Part shown: in pieces, positions 41,514-50,928 of the stretch
Numbering within the stretch: the stretch's first letter is position 1
Layout of the letters: each line of letters opens with the position of its first letter
NCBI GenBank assembly: GCA_934096125.1
Contig: CAKOLB010000004.1
Coordinates: 55,117-119,116 of the forward strand
DNA length: 64,000 nt
From: an uncultured Bacilli bacterium
GTDB lineage: Bacteria; Bacillota_I; Bacilli_A; RF39; UBA660
Direction: 5' to 3'
Made by a program: the position numbers and the translations under genes
The notes under the pieces: generated by a model
Database searches by the model: none
What the model was told of the DNA's origin: nothing
What the model saw: only the letters and a program-made list of their open reading frames with translations

Positions 41514-42089
41514 GTGGTGGAGGATGTTATGTTCGAAGTAGAATTAAATTATATACGAAATGAGAGAATAAGGGAGAGTGCTAAAGTTTTAATTGATGGA
41601 TTGCCAGAGTACTTTTTTCGGATTGCTGCCTCTTCAACGGGAAAATATCATCCTGCTTTTGCCTTGGGTGAAAGAGGTTTAGTAAGACATACTAAAGTAG
41701 CGGTGAGAATAGCGTATGAGTTATTTCAGATTATACCTTATGATCGTTTATTTTCTAGTGATGAAAAAGATATTATGATATTAAGTTTATTGATACATGA
41801 TGGAATAAAAAAAGGATTTACTGAAGAAAGATATACTAGGTTTGATCACCCTAATTTGATAGCAGATTATGTGGAGTTAAATAAAGGGAAAACTAGGCTC
41901 AGTGAAAAAGAGATAGATTTAGTAAAGCATGTTTTAAACTCCCATATGGGAAAGTGGAATACAAATCCTTATAGTAAGGTTGTGCTTAAGCTTCCAAATG
42001 ATAAATATCAATATTTTGTGCATATGTGTGATTATTTAGCTAGTCGTAAGTTTTTAAATGTTAATTTTAATGGTGATAATATAGAATAA
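41514..42089 (+). CDS. HD-domain protein
   Basis: H...HD motif (LLIHDGIKK). Confidence 0.5.
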   Translation: MVEDVMFEVELNYIRNERIRESAKVLIDGLPEYFFRIAASSTGKYHPAFALGERGLVRHTKVAVRIAYELFQIIPYDRLFSSDEKDIMILSLLIHDGIKKGFTEERYTRFDHPNLIADYVELNKGKTRLSEKEIDLVKHVLNSHMGKWNTNPYSKVVLKLPNDKYQYFVHMCDYLASRKFLNVNFNGDNIE

Positions 42090-42200
42090 AGATGGTAATA
42101 GTTGAAATAGCATAAGGTGCTAAGCAGATAAAACAATGTTAAATAATTTTTGGGATATTTCGTTTTTTGAAAAAAGGCATATAATATCTTAGGTGATAAC

Positions 42201-42247
42201 ATGAATGATAGAGCTTTAAAAAAGGTGGTTTTGGATGCCGGACATGG
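42201..42247 (+). pseudogene. Segment A (first ~16 codons) of an N-acetylmuramoyl-L-alanine amidase gene interrupted by mobile element 1
   Basis: MNDRALKKVVLDAGHG, then the frame breaks inside the Amidase_3 DAGHGG motif. The continuation GDDPGT lies at ~50580. Confidence 0.7.
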
Positions 42248-42315
42248 GAGATACTGTTATTCTACACAATGAATAGAAACTATCAGAACTAGTTGATTTA
42301 CATGAAAATTAAACT

Positions 42316-42346
42316 TTAAAGAGATATTTGAAAAAGTATCTCTTTT
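42316..42346. repeat. Perfect 9-bp inverted repeat upstream of mob (candidate oriT or terminator hairpin)
   Basis: aaagagata - tttgaaaaag - tatctcttt. Confidence 0.4.
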
Positions 42347-42373
42347 TGCATATTAAAAAAAAGGGGGAATTAT

Positions 42374-43633
42374 ATGAGTTATGCAATATTTAGAAGTCAA
42401 CCAATAAATACACTACAAGATTTAGCGCAAATTGGTTCACACAATAAAAGAGAAAAGAAAGCTTATAAGAGCAATCCAGATATAAAATTAGATAGAAGTA
42501 AGGATAATATAGAATTAGTAAAATGTGCTGAAAAATATGTTAAAAGATTTTACGAATTAACTAAAGACTATAAAAAAGAACATGAAGAAAGACAAAAGAC
42601 AATGCGAGAAGATAGAAAAAAATCCTATTATAAAATGCTTAATGATGCTAGAAATGTAGTAGCAGATGAATTGTTATTTACAAGTGATAGTTTATTCTTT
42701 AAAGATAAAAGTAAGAAAGAAATATTAAGGTGGGCTAATACTTGTATGGATTTTGTTTATAATGATTTAGGTTATACTAAAGAACAGGTATTACATTCTA
42801 CTATTCATATGGATGAAAAAACACCACACATTCATTGTGTAGTGATTCCACTAGTTAAAAAATTAGATAAAAGAACTAATACAGAAAGATATACTATCTC
42901 AAAAAAGCAATATATCAAAAATAACGAGCATTTAAGTGAATTACAAGATAAATACCATAATAGATTAGTTAAGGCTGGTTTTGATCTAGAAAGAGGTTTA
43001 AAAGGCAGTACAGCAGAGAATATAAATATAAAAGAATTTAAAAAAATGACTAGAAGGTTAGATAAGTCATTAGAGAAAAGTACACTATTATTAAATGATG
43101 ATTATAATGACTTAAAAGTTAAATTAAATAAAAGTAAACCTACAATAACTGGCAAGGAAGTTAAAATAGATAAAGATACTTATCAAACATTAAATAAATT
43201 TATGAGTACGGCTAAAAGAATAATAGAAGATATTCCTAAAACACAATCAATGGTAAAAACTTTAGATGAGTATACCAAAATCTTTAGAAGTACGCAAAGA
43301 GAGAATATTCAATTAAAGAAAGAAGTAAATAGACTTGAATTAGAAAAAGAAGAAATCAAACAAGAAAATAATAGACTAGAAAATCTTATGTATAATTTAC
43401 TTCAAAGATTAAAAGATTTATTTAAAAAAATTCTTCATATAGGTACTGATAAAGAAAAAGATAATGTATCAAAAGAAATAAAGTATCATTATGATAATAA
43501 TTATTATAACGATTTAGATTTATGCTATATTTCTAAGGGAACAACTAAAGAAAGAGATATATTTGAACACATTGGTTATATCAAAAAAGGGTATAACAAA
43601 GAAAAAGAAGAAGATTTTGATATAAATAGATAA
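42374..43633 (+). CDS. mob: MobV/Pre-family plasmid recombination/mobilisation relaxase
   Basis: N-terminal Mob_Pre pattern (MSYAIFRSQPINTLQDLAQIGSHNKRE...HMDEKTPHIHCVVIPLV), which is the His-rich relaxase motif. The C-terminus is a coiled coil. Confidence 0.85.
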   Translation: MSYAIFRSQPINTLQDLAQIGSHNKREKKAYKSNPDIKLDRSKDNIELVKCAEKYVKRFYELTKDYKKEHEERQKTMREDRKKSYYKMLNDARNVVADELLFTSDSLFFKDKSKKEILRWANTCMDFVYNDLGYTKEQVLHSTIHMDEKTPHIHCVVIPLVKKLDKRTNTERYTISKKQYIKNNEHLSELQDKYHNRLVKAGFDLERGLKGSTAENINIKEFKKMTRRLDKSLEKSTLLLNDDYNDLKVKLNKSKPTITGKEVKIDKDTYQTLNKFMSTAKRIIEDIPKTQSMVKTLDEYTKIFRSTQRENIQLKKEVNRLELEKEEIKQENNRLENLMYNLLQRLKDLFKKILHIGTDKEKDNVSKEIKYHYDNNYYNDLDLCYISKGTTKERDIFEHIGYIKKGYNKEKEEDFDINR

Positions 43634-43699
43634 GTCAAAACAAAAACGGACTTTTTTCGTGGTATAATAAAGAAAAACTTGTTATTTTTGGAGGTAGTT

Positions 43700-45910
43700 A
43701 TGAACAAAGAAAATAAAATTATAAATTTTAAAAATGAAGATTCAAAGAAAAATATTTCTTTAGAATTAGATAAAAAAATGATTTTTATTTACGGTAAAAA
43801 TGGTAGTGGCAAAACAACTTTTTCTAGATCGAACGATTTGGATAAAAAATATGTATTTAATGAAGACTTCGTATATAAAAATGTTTATATAATAGACGCT
43901 GAAGGAGCAAAAATTGATTCAGGTGTTAAAAATAATTTTTCAGAGTTGCTTGTTGGAGAAGATGTTGTTCTATTAAAAGAAAAACAAAATAAATTAGAAG
44001 AAATATATAAAGAATTAAATACTAAAAGTAATGATAATGAAACATTTATCAATTCTAGTTTAGCAAGTAATGGTATTCCAAACAGTTATAATTTTTTAAA
44101 GGAAAAAGTTGATGAAACTTTTAATTATGATGAAACAAAAACAATCGAAGAACAAATGGAGATATATAAGAGCGATTTAGAATTGGAACAGACTATTACA
44201 AATGATAAAGAGTTAGAAATCAATGTGAATCAAATAAAGAAACATGAGAATATTAAATTATTAATAGAAAAAATAAAAAAAATACCATTGTTAGAGGAGT
44301 TTCTTTTTTCAGAGGATTATCCAATACTATTGAAACTTAATTCTGATTTAGACATTATTAATACAAATATTCAAAACATTAAAAGTTTAGAAGAGTTAGG
44401 GAAAAAGAAAAGGGTAGAAAAAAATGATTTTTCTATTATAAGAGATTGTATAACATTACAAGAAAAAGTGGGAACTGATATTTGTGTATTATGTGGTAAT
44501 ACTGAAATTAAAGCAGGTATAGAAGAATGGAAGAAAATATTTCAGGACAAAACAGTAAATTTAAAAACGAAAGTAATATCAGAATTAAATGATATTCTAA
44601 AAAATTGTAAAACTATTATTGATGATAGAAAAGTATATGAACCTGTTGCACCTGGTACTATTAACAATATAATAATATTTATAGGAATTATAGAAAACGC
44701 TTTAAAAGAAGTGAATTTAGGCAATGTTTTAGAAATTAAATATCAAGAAATCGTAAGAGAAAAATATACTGAAGACATTATTCAAAAGTATAAAACTATT
44801 GCAAATTACGTATTAAAGAAATATAAAGATAAAACTATTTTCTTAAATTCATCACTTAAAAGTGTAGGTGGTAAAATAAAAGTAATAAAAGAAAACATAG
44901 AAAAAATTTTAAAGCTAAATGCTGACACCCATAAAGAATCAATAAACTCTATTCTTAAAGATTTGGGATTAGATAAAGAAATAACCGTTGGTGTTGATAG
45001 ACTAGGCGGTAAAATAAAATATTCACTAAATGTAGTTAATAACAATTTATCAAAATTGAGTGATGGGCAAAAACATAAATTAGCTTTGGCAATATTTTTA
45101 AATACTATTAAAAATGAAGATTTAAAAGGTAAAACAGTTGTGTTTGACGACCCTGTTGTTGCGCTTGATGAACTAGGATATCACTTTTTTAAACAATATG
45201 TTATAAAAAATATAATGAATAATCCTAACATAGAAGAATGCCCTAATCTTATTATATTAACTCACAACTTTAATTATCTTTATATACAAACAAGTAATAT
45301 AATAATTAGTCCTAATTTACAAGACAATACAAAAATATTGAAATTAAATTCAGATGGATTTAAAGAATTAGATTTTGAATTGTTTAAATTAGATGATATC
45401 GCATTATTTAAAAAATGCTTAGATAATATTAAGTATGAAGATGAATTGATAGACTTAAGTAGTTTATACAATAAAGTTTTTAGAGAATTTTTGGATTTAA
45501 AACTAAGAATACTTGGAAATCCATTAAATGGTAATCCAGCAGAAGAAATAAAGATAATAGTATCTGATGAACAAACAAGAAAATTGTTGCAGGAACAAAG
45601 TAATAAGTTAAGTAGTTATTCAAAAAATAAAAATATAACAATAGAAGAATCGAAAGAAGGTTTTTGCTTATTATCAGATATGCTAAAGACAATAGGGTTT
45701 GATGAATATATTCTGCCTCAAAACATTGATTCAATTAAAAATATTGTAAAGAGGGAAGAAATAATTTATTCAGATATATTTTATATTATTCATGAAATAG
45801 CAAATATTTTAAGAAATGAAGATAATAAATATAAAAATTATATAAATTATTTAAATCATCCAAGAATATCATTTACTAAAAATATGATGTCAACATCTAT
45901 GGATGCATAG
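43700..45910 (+). CDS. ABC-type ATPase with long coiled-coil insert and central CxxC (RloC/PrrC-like anticodon-nuclease candidate)
   Basis: Walker A GKNGSGKT near the N-terminus. CVLC (nt 44483-44494) lies midway to the ABC signature LSDGQKHKLALA and Walker B TVVFDDPV. A ~240-aa C-terminal domain follows. ATG 43700 has a GGAGGT RBS. Confidence 0.45.
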   Translation: MNKENKIINFKNEDSKKNISLELDKKMIFIYGKNGSGKTTFSRSNDLDKKYVFNEDFVYKNVYIIDAEGAKIDSGVKNNFSELLVGEDVVLLKEKQNKLEEIYKELNTKSNDNETFINSSLASNGIPNSYNFLKEKVDETFNYDETKTIEEQMEIYKSDLELEQTITNDKELEINVNQIKKHENIKLLIEKIKKIPLLEEFLFSEDYPILLKLNSDLDIINTNIQNIKSLEELGKKKRVEKNDFSIIRDCITLQEKVGTDICVLCGNTEIKAGIEEWKKIFQDKTVNLKTKVISELNDILKNCKTIIDDRKVYEPVAPGTINNIIIFIGIIENALKEVNLGNVLEIKYQEIVREKYTEDIIQKYKTIANYVLKKYKDKTIFLNSSLKSVGGKIKVIKENIEKILKLNADTHKESINSILKDLGLDKEITVGVDRLGGKIKYSLNVVNNNLSKLSDGQKHKLALAIFLNTIKNEDLKGKTVVFDDPVVALDELGYHFFKQYVIKNIMNNPNIEECPNLIILTHNFNYLYIQTSNIIISPNLQDNTKILKLNSDGFKELDFELFKLDDIALFKKCLDNIKYEDELIDLSSLYNKVFREFLDLKLRILGNPLNGNPAEEIKIIVSDEQTRKLLQEQSNKLSSYSKNKNITIEESKEGFCLLSDMLKTIGFDEYILPQNIDSIKNIVKREEIIYSDIFYIIHEIANILRNEDNKYKNYINYLNHPRISFTKNMMSTSMDA

Positions 45911-46069
45911 TCTTTTTTGAAAAATGGATATATAAAGATACATTTTAGTAACACACTACGATATTGACAGAGCCAATAACGATGTGTGCCAAGGGGATTG
46001 TCCCTTTGGAAACCCTATTAGCTCTATCGCCACTTTCATTGCTAAAGCAACAAAACGTGCCACGAGCTA

Positions 46070-46102
46070 AAAAGACTGACAAAAATTAATTGTCAGTCTT
46101 TT
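46070..46102. terminator. Bidirectional terminator between the ATPase gene and the convergent XRE gene
   Basis: 12-bp stem aaaagactgaca / tgtcagtctttt with a 9-nt loop. Confidence 0.75.
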
Positions 46103-46361
46103 CTGATGGAATATCATCAAATAGTTGTCTGATGTCTATTCCTAAAGCATCAGCAAATTTACCTATGGTTTCTAATGTTGGAGTTTTATCAATGCTTAAG
46201 CATTCTAAATCTCGAACATATCCATGAGTCAGTTCAGTTAAATCAGCTAATTCTTGAAGTGTATAACCACGTATAAGTCTGTATTTTCGAATGTTTTTTC
46301 TAACTTGAATAGATAAAATTGTTTTTGAATATCTTCTCATAGAAGTTATACACCTCCTCAC
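46086..46361 (-). CDS. XRE-family HTH transcriptional regulator
   Basis: HTH_3 pattern (RLIRGYTLQELADLTELTHGYVRDLE). Confidence 0.75.
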   Translation of the reverse strand: MRRCITSMRRYSKTILSIQVRKNIRKYRLIRGYTLQELADLTELTHGYVRDLECLSIDKTPTLETIGKFADALGIDIRQLFDDIPSEKTDN

Positions 46362-46448
46362 ATTTAAATTATTTCATAAAAATTTTAAAAAATATGTCGC
46401 CTGACAGAAGTTTTTGTGATATAATTAAAATGAAAGGAGACTGCTTTT

Positions 46449-46925
46449 ATGAAGAAATGCAAATATTGTCAAACTGAAATTGACTCAAAAGCAAAAATTT
46501 GCCCAAACTGTAAAAAGAAACAAGGTAAACCAAAATGGTTAATAGCTTTAATTGTTATTATTGTAATAATGATTATTGCATCTGTTGCTGGAGGTAACGA
46601 AGAGAATGCTAAGGAAGGAAATGTTTCAAACGGAGGTAATAAGCCAACAGAAAAATTTACTTATGAAGTAACAAAACAATATGCAGATGAATATGGTATG
46701 TCTTATTATATAGAAGGTAGTGTAAAAAATAATAAGGATAAAGATTATTCATATGTTCAAATTGAATTTGTTTGCTATGATGCAGAAGGCAATAACCTTG
46801 GAACTGCTATTGATAATACAAATAATTTACTAGGAAATCAGACTTGGAAATTTAAAGCAATGGCTATGTTTAGTGATGCTGAAACTGTTGATCATTGCGA
46901 TTATCATGAAATAACAAGCTGGTAA
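46449..46925 (+). CDS. Zinc-ribbon membrane-anchored protein of unknown function
   Basis: CKYCQ...CPNCKK zinc ribbon, one TM helix, then an extracytoplasmic domain. Confidence 0.4.
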   Translation: MKKCKYCQTEIDSKAKICPNCKKKQGKPKWLIALIVIIVIMIIASVAGGNEENAKEGNVSNGGNKPTEKFTYEVTKQYADEYGMSYYIEGSVKNNKDKDYSYVQIEFVCYDAEGNNLGTAIDNTNNLLGNQTWKFKAMAMFSDAETVDHCDYHEITSW

Positions 46926-47035
46926 AATAGTTGGAAGTCTTTTTAAGACTTCTTTTTGTTAGATTTTTTTACCAAAATAGTCGTTTTATATTTGTTTTAT
47001 GTTATAATAATATTTAATGAAAAAAGGGTGGTTTT

Positions 47036-47335
47036 ATGTATCAATTATTGAGTTTATTCAGTTTTCTTATTAGGGCATATTTGTGTTATTGCACAATAGA
47101 TAATATTCCAATATTAGCTAATCCGATATTAAATAGTATTTTAGGGGAAGTAATATCCTTATATACTATTTTGTGGGCAATAAGTTATTTTGTTGTTGGA
47201 AGATTTTATGATAAAGGTTCTGAACCCTTGTTAGGTGTTATTTTATATTTTATTGTATATGTTGTAATTCTGGGAATTACATATTTATTGTTGTTATTAT
47301 TAACATATATTGGAGTTTTACCAATAGTTATATAA
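47036..47335 (+). CDS. Small hydrophobic membrane protein
   Basis: 99 aa with three predicted TM helices. Confidence 0.3.
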   Translation: MYQLLSLFSFLIRAYLCYCTIDNIPILANPILNSILGEVISLYTILWAISYFVVGRFYDKGSEPLLGVILYFIVYVVILGITYLLLLLLTYIGVLPIVI

Positions 47336-47364
47336 ATAAAAAAACTTATCGTTGTGATAAGTTT

Positions 47365-47904
47365 TTATAGGTTTATTCTATCATCAGGTAATTTTGAGTA
47401 ATCATATTTTTCAGCACACATTTCTAAATCTTCGTAAATAGAGGTTAATTGTGCTAATATTTTTTCGGGTGGAAGTAATTCTTTATAATAATCATAATCT
47501 TTAAGTAAAAGCATCATTTGGAATATTCTTGTTCTGCAATCAGCAACTTTAGTTCTTTTCTCATAAGAATCTTCTAATAAATCCAATTGAGATTCTCTAT
47601 ATTGTTTTACTAATTCCTTTATATTTTTAGGAGTTTTATGTTTTGAAGTGTCTTTGAAACTATCTAGAATATCACTATAACCAGCAGTAGTTAAAAGAAA
47701 TTCTAAACTTATTTCTAATACTTCAGATAAACTTCTTAACATATCTATATCTGGTTTTTTAATATTACCTTTTTCAAGTTCATTATATGTAGAGTGATGT
47801 GTATTGATTAAACGAGCTACTTTTCTTTGAGAGTAGCCTTTTTTTGTTCTAGCAGTCCTTAATATTTTACTTAATTCTTCAAGATTAGCATTATTATTTT
47901 CCAT
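47365..47904 (-). CDS. XRE-family HTH regulator with C-terminal extension (repressor-like)
   Basis: N-terminal HTH (KKGYSQRKVARLINTHHSTYNELEKGN). It is divergent from the downstream winged-helix gene. Confidence 0.7.
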   Translation of the reverse strand: MENNNANLEELSKILRTARTKKGYSQRKVARLINTHHSTYNELEKGNIKKPDIDMLRSLSEVLEISLEFLLTTAGYSDILDSFKDTSKHKTPKNIKELVKQYRESQLDLLEDSYEKRTKVADCRTRIFQMMLLLKDYDYYKELLPPEKILAQLTSIYEDLEMCAEKYDYSKLPDDRINL

Positions 47905-48134
47905 TTAAACCACCTCTAAAATGCTTTCTTCCAATAACATAATACCATAACGAAAATTAAAAAGCAATAATTTTGTCGGTTATTCTTGACAAAATTATAA
48001 TTACAATGTATATTATAGTTGTCGGGCAATCTTGACAAAAAAGGGGGATAGTAATAAAGTAGATTGCTAATGCGACTAATGTTCTTTGAAAATTTACACA
48101 AGTCTTTAAAGGTTAATTAAAAGGGGGTGATAGC

Positions 48135-48638
48135 ATAACAGAATCTATAAAAGATGGGTTTTGGATTATACCTGCAAAAGTAGGTATAGATGATGCACTC
48201 ACATTACAAGATAAATTACTATATGCTCAAATCTTATCATTAACAAGACAAGATGGATTCTGTTTTGCTACTAATTCTTATCTATCTAATTTAAATAATG
48301 TTACTCCAAAAACAATTTCTAACAGTATTTCTAATCTTAAAAAAAATAATTATATACGAGTTGAATATCACAAGGAAAAAATAAATAAAGATAAAAGAAA
48401 AATATTTGTAACTGATAAGGGGGTATGGAAAACAAATCCTGGGGATATAGAAAAAAATGTTAATACCGGTATGGAAGATAATTTCCAATATAATAATATA
48501 AAGAATAAAAAGATAAAAAAATATAATACCAATAATAATGTTCCTTGGTGGCTAGATAAAGAAATTAAAGAAAATCCTGCATCTCTAGAAGAACAAGCAG
48601 AGATGGAAGCACTACTAAGCGAATTTAAAAAAGATTGA
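48135..48638 (+). CDS. Winged-helix replication-initiator-like protein whose start codon position is occupied by ATA (paralog of 52602-52895)
   Basis: The frame is open from 48117 to 48638 with no ATG, GTG or TTG in the first ~105 codons. The RBS AAAGGGGGTGAT sits 6 nt before ATA 48135. The translation aligns with the element-2 paralog (DGFWIIP...LLYAQILSLTRQDGFCFAT versus EGYVVMG...LLSIMLSLPDTWCYST), which starts with ATG at the equivalent position. Confidence 0.45.
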   Translation: MTESIKDGFWIIPAKVGIDDALTLQDKLLYAQILSLTRQDGFCFATNSYLSNLNNVTPKTISNSISNLKKNNYIRVEYHKEKINKDKRKIFVTDKGVWKTNPGDIEKNVNTGMEDNFQYNNIKNKKIKKYNTNNNVPWWLDKEIKENPASLEEQAEMEALLSEFKKD

Positions 48639-48937
48639 AAAGGAGTTGGTTTTATAAATAAATACAAGACTAAATCATAAAATTTAATAAAAAGGAAAAG
48701 GGGGAATTATAAGAATGGAGGTAGTACTTAAGGCAAAACACACATTTAAAACTGATATATCAAACGAAGAATTATTTAGAGATAGATTTAACGAGATATT
48801 GTTAAAAGTTATATTGCATCTTGAGCAAAATTACCAAAGTAGTTAAAAAAATTATAAATAACTATCAAAAAGGGGTATAATATAAGTTGTAGTCGATTTA
48901 GTTCTGATAGTTATACACAGAATTGGAGGATATAACT

Positions 48938-50533
48938 ATGAGACTAAGAGTTGGTATTTATGGGAGGTTATCACAAGAGGATATAGATAAGATAAACAAA
49001 GAAGATGAAAGTGAAAGTATCCAAAATCAAAAAAGAATGTTATTAGAGTATGCTTTAAAAAATGATTGGGATGTAGTTGATATTTATATTGATGAAGATT
49101 ATTCAGGTGCTGGAGTTTATAGACCAGAGTTTGAGAGAATGCTAAAAGATTGTGAAAATGGAAAACTAGATATAGTTTTATGTAAGAGTCAATCAAGATT
49201 CTCGAGAGATATGGAAATAATTGAAAGATATATAAATAACAAATTTAAAGAATGGAATGTTAGATTTATTAGTTTAGTAGATAATATAGATACTGATAAT
49301 AAATCTAATAAGAAATCTATTCAAATATTAGGACTAACTAATGAATGGTATTTAGAAGATTTATCAGATAACATTAAAAGAACAATTAGGAATAAAAAAG
49401 AGTCTGGACAATTTACTGGTTCATTTGCTCCCTATGGTTATTTAAGAAGTGAAGAAGATAAACACAAATTAGTTATTGATCCTATTGCTTCAATCATTGT
49501 TAAAAAGATATTTGAAATGTATAAACAAGGTAATGGTTATACTAAAATAGCAACTTATTTGAATGATACTAATGTTCCTAGTCCTTATGAACACAAAAAA
49601 GCAAGTGGTAGTAAATTTGTATGTGGAAATGTTGGAAAGGAAAAATCATATTGGTATTCAGATACAATTGCTAAAATCTTAAAAGATGAAGTATATATTG
49701 GAAATCTAGTACAAGGAAAAACAAGGCATATAAGTTATAAAAATAAAAAATCAGTTCCTGTTCCTAAAGAAGATTGGATAATTGTTAAAAACACACACGA
49801 ACCTATAATAGATGAAGATACTTGGAATATAGTTTCTGCTAAATTTAAAGGTAGGACAAAGCCAAGTAAATCTGGGGAAATTCATATGTTTACTAAAAAG
49901 GTTTATTGTGATTGTTGCAAAAAAATATTTTATAATGGTTATTCTAAATCAGGAAATGGGAACAAGCATTATTATTTAACTTGTAAGTCTAGAAAATCAG
50001 GGGTGTTTTGTGAAAATAATCTATCTATTAGAGTAGATAAATTAAAAGACTTTATCCTTAATGAGATTAATGAATATATCAAAGTTTATCATAATTCTAA
50101 AGCTTTAAATGAGAAATACCAAAAATTAAATACTAAGAATAATAAAAATGAGATTCAAGAACAAATTAAAACTTTGGAAAAACAACAAACTGAATTAGAA
50201 AAATCACAAAGTAAAAAGAATTCTTATTTAAGAAAATTATATGAAGATAGAATAGAGGGTTTCATTACTGATGAGCAATACAAAGCTTTTAGTAAAGACT
50301 ATGATGATGAATTAAATGAATTGCAAAACAGAATTCAATTAATAAAAGATGAAATCACTCTCTTAAATCAAAGGCACAGTGATATGATTGATAGAGATAA
50401 AATATTTAATAAATATAAATCTATAAAGGAATTAGATAGAAGTATATTAGATGATTTTATAGAAAAAATATATATCGGTGCAGTAGATAAAGAAACGAAT
50501 GAACGAGAAATAAATATTGTATGGGCCATATAA
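48938..50533 (+). CDS. Large serine recombinase (TnpX-like resolvase/integrase) of element 1
   Basis: N-terminal catalytic domain (RVGIYGRLSQED... with the serine in YGRLS, and ...SRFSRD), followed by a recombinase domain and a Cys-rich zinc ribbon (CDCCKK...CKSRKSGVFC). ATG 48938 has a GGAGGA RBS. Confidence 0.9.
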   Translation: MRLRVGIYGRLSQEDIDKINKEDESESIQNQKRMLLEYALKNDWDVVDIYIDEDYSGAGVYRPEFERMLKDCENGKLDIVLCKSQSRFSRDMEIIERYINNKFKEWNVRFISLVDNIDTDNKSNKKSIQILGLTNEWYLEDLSDNIKRTIRNKKESGQFTGSFAPYGYLRSEEDKHKLVIDPIASIIVKKIFEMYKQGNGYTKIATYLNDTNVPSPYEHKKASGSKFVCGNVGKEKSYWYSDTIAKILKDEVYIGNLVQGKTRHISYKNKKSVPVPKEDWIIVKNTHEPIIDEDTWNIVSAKFKGRTKPSKSGEIHMFTKKVYCDCCKKIFYNGYSKSGNGNKHYYLTCKSRKSGVFCENNLSIRVDKLKDFILNEINEYIKVYHNSKALNEKYQKLNTKNNKNEIQEQIKTLEKQQTELEKSQSKKNSYLRKLYEDRIEGFITDEQYKAFSKDYDDELNELQNRIQLIKDEITLLNQRHSDMIDRDKIFNKYKSIKELDRSILDDFIEKIYIGAVDKETNEREINIVWAI

Positions 50534-50576
50534 TTTAGTCCATACAGGACTTGTGTAGAATAAACATAACCTCCAC

Positions 50577-50806
50577 ATGGTGGTGATGATCCGGGGACTA
50601 TTGCAAATGGAATAACTGAAAAAGATTATACTTTGAAGATAACAAATTATATTCACAACAGATTAGATGAACTTGGAGTGCCAAATAAATTATCGAGGAG
50701 TACTGATGAGACTTTAGATGCCAGTAGTAGGCCACAGAGAATACAAAGTCTTTATGGAAATGGGAGTGATGTGATTGTTGTGTCTAATCACATAAATGCA
50801 GGGGGA
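50577..50806 (+). pseudogene. Segment B (~75 codons) of the interrupted amidase gene, lying between the two elements
   Basis: HGGDDPGTIANGITEKDYTLKITNYI...VIVVSNHINAGG is the Amidase_3 core. The frame then runs into element 2 (QDA, stop). Confidence 0.7.
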
Positions 50807-50928
50807 CAGGACGCGTAATATGTGGTTAATCGTAGGCGCAGTGTATAACTTTAATAAGCTTCTTATTTTACTGTATATGATGGTATAATAGATATATCAA
50901 ATAACTTTAAAGATGAGAGGTGAAAAGA

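Larger units (their letters stand above)
42248..50576 (+). mobile_element. Integrated mobilisable element 1 (Tn4451-like: MobV relaxase + large serine recombinase) inserted in the amidase gene
   Basis: It lies between two copies of ACATGG (42242-47 and 50576-81). Joining the flanks restores GAT GCC GGA CAT GGT GGT GAT GAT CCG (DAGHGGDDPG). The recombinase gene sits at the right end. Confidence 0.7.

Noticed and set aside
48291-48667. Two minus-strand ORFs (48291-48488 and 48368-48667)
   Set aside because: They are antisense to the plus-strand winged-helix gene, which is supported by paralogy with 52602-52895. The only reason the track shows the antisense ORFs instead is the missing ATG on the sense strand.
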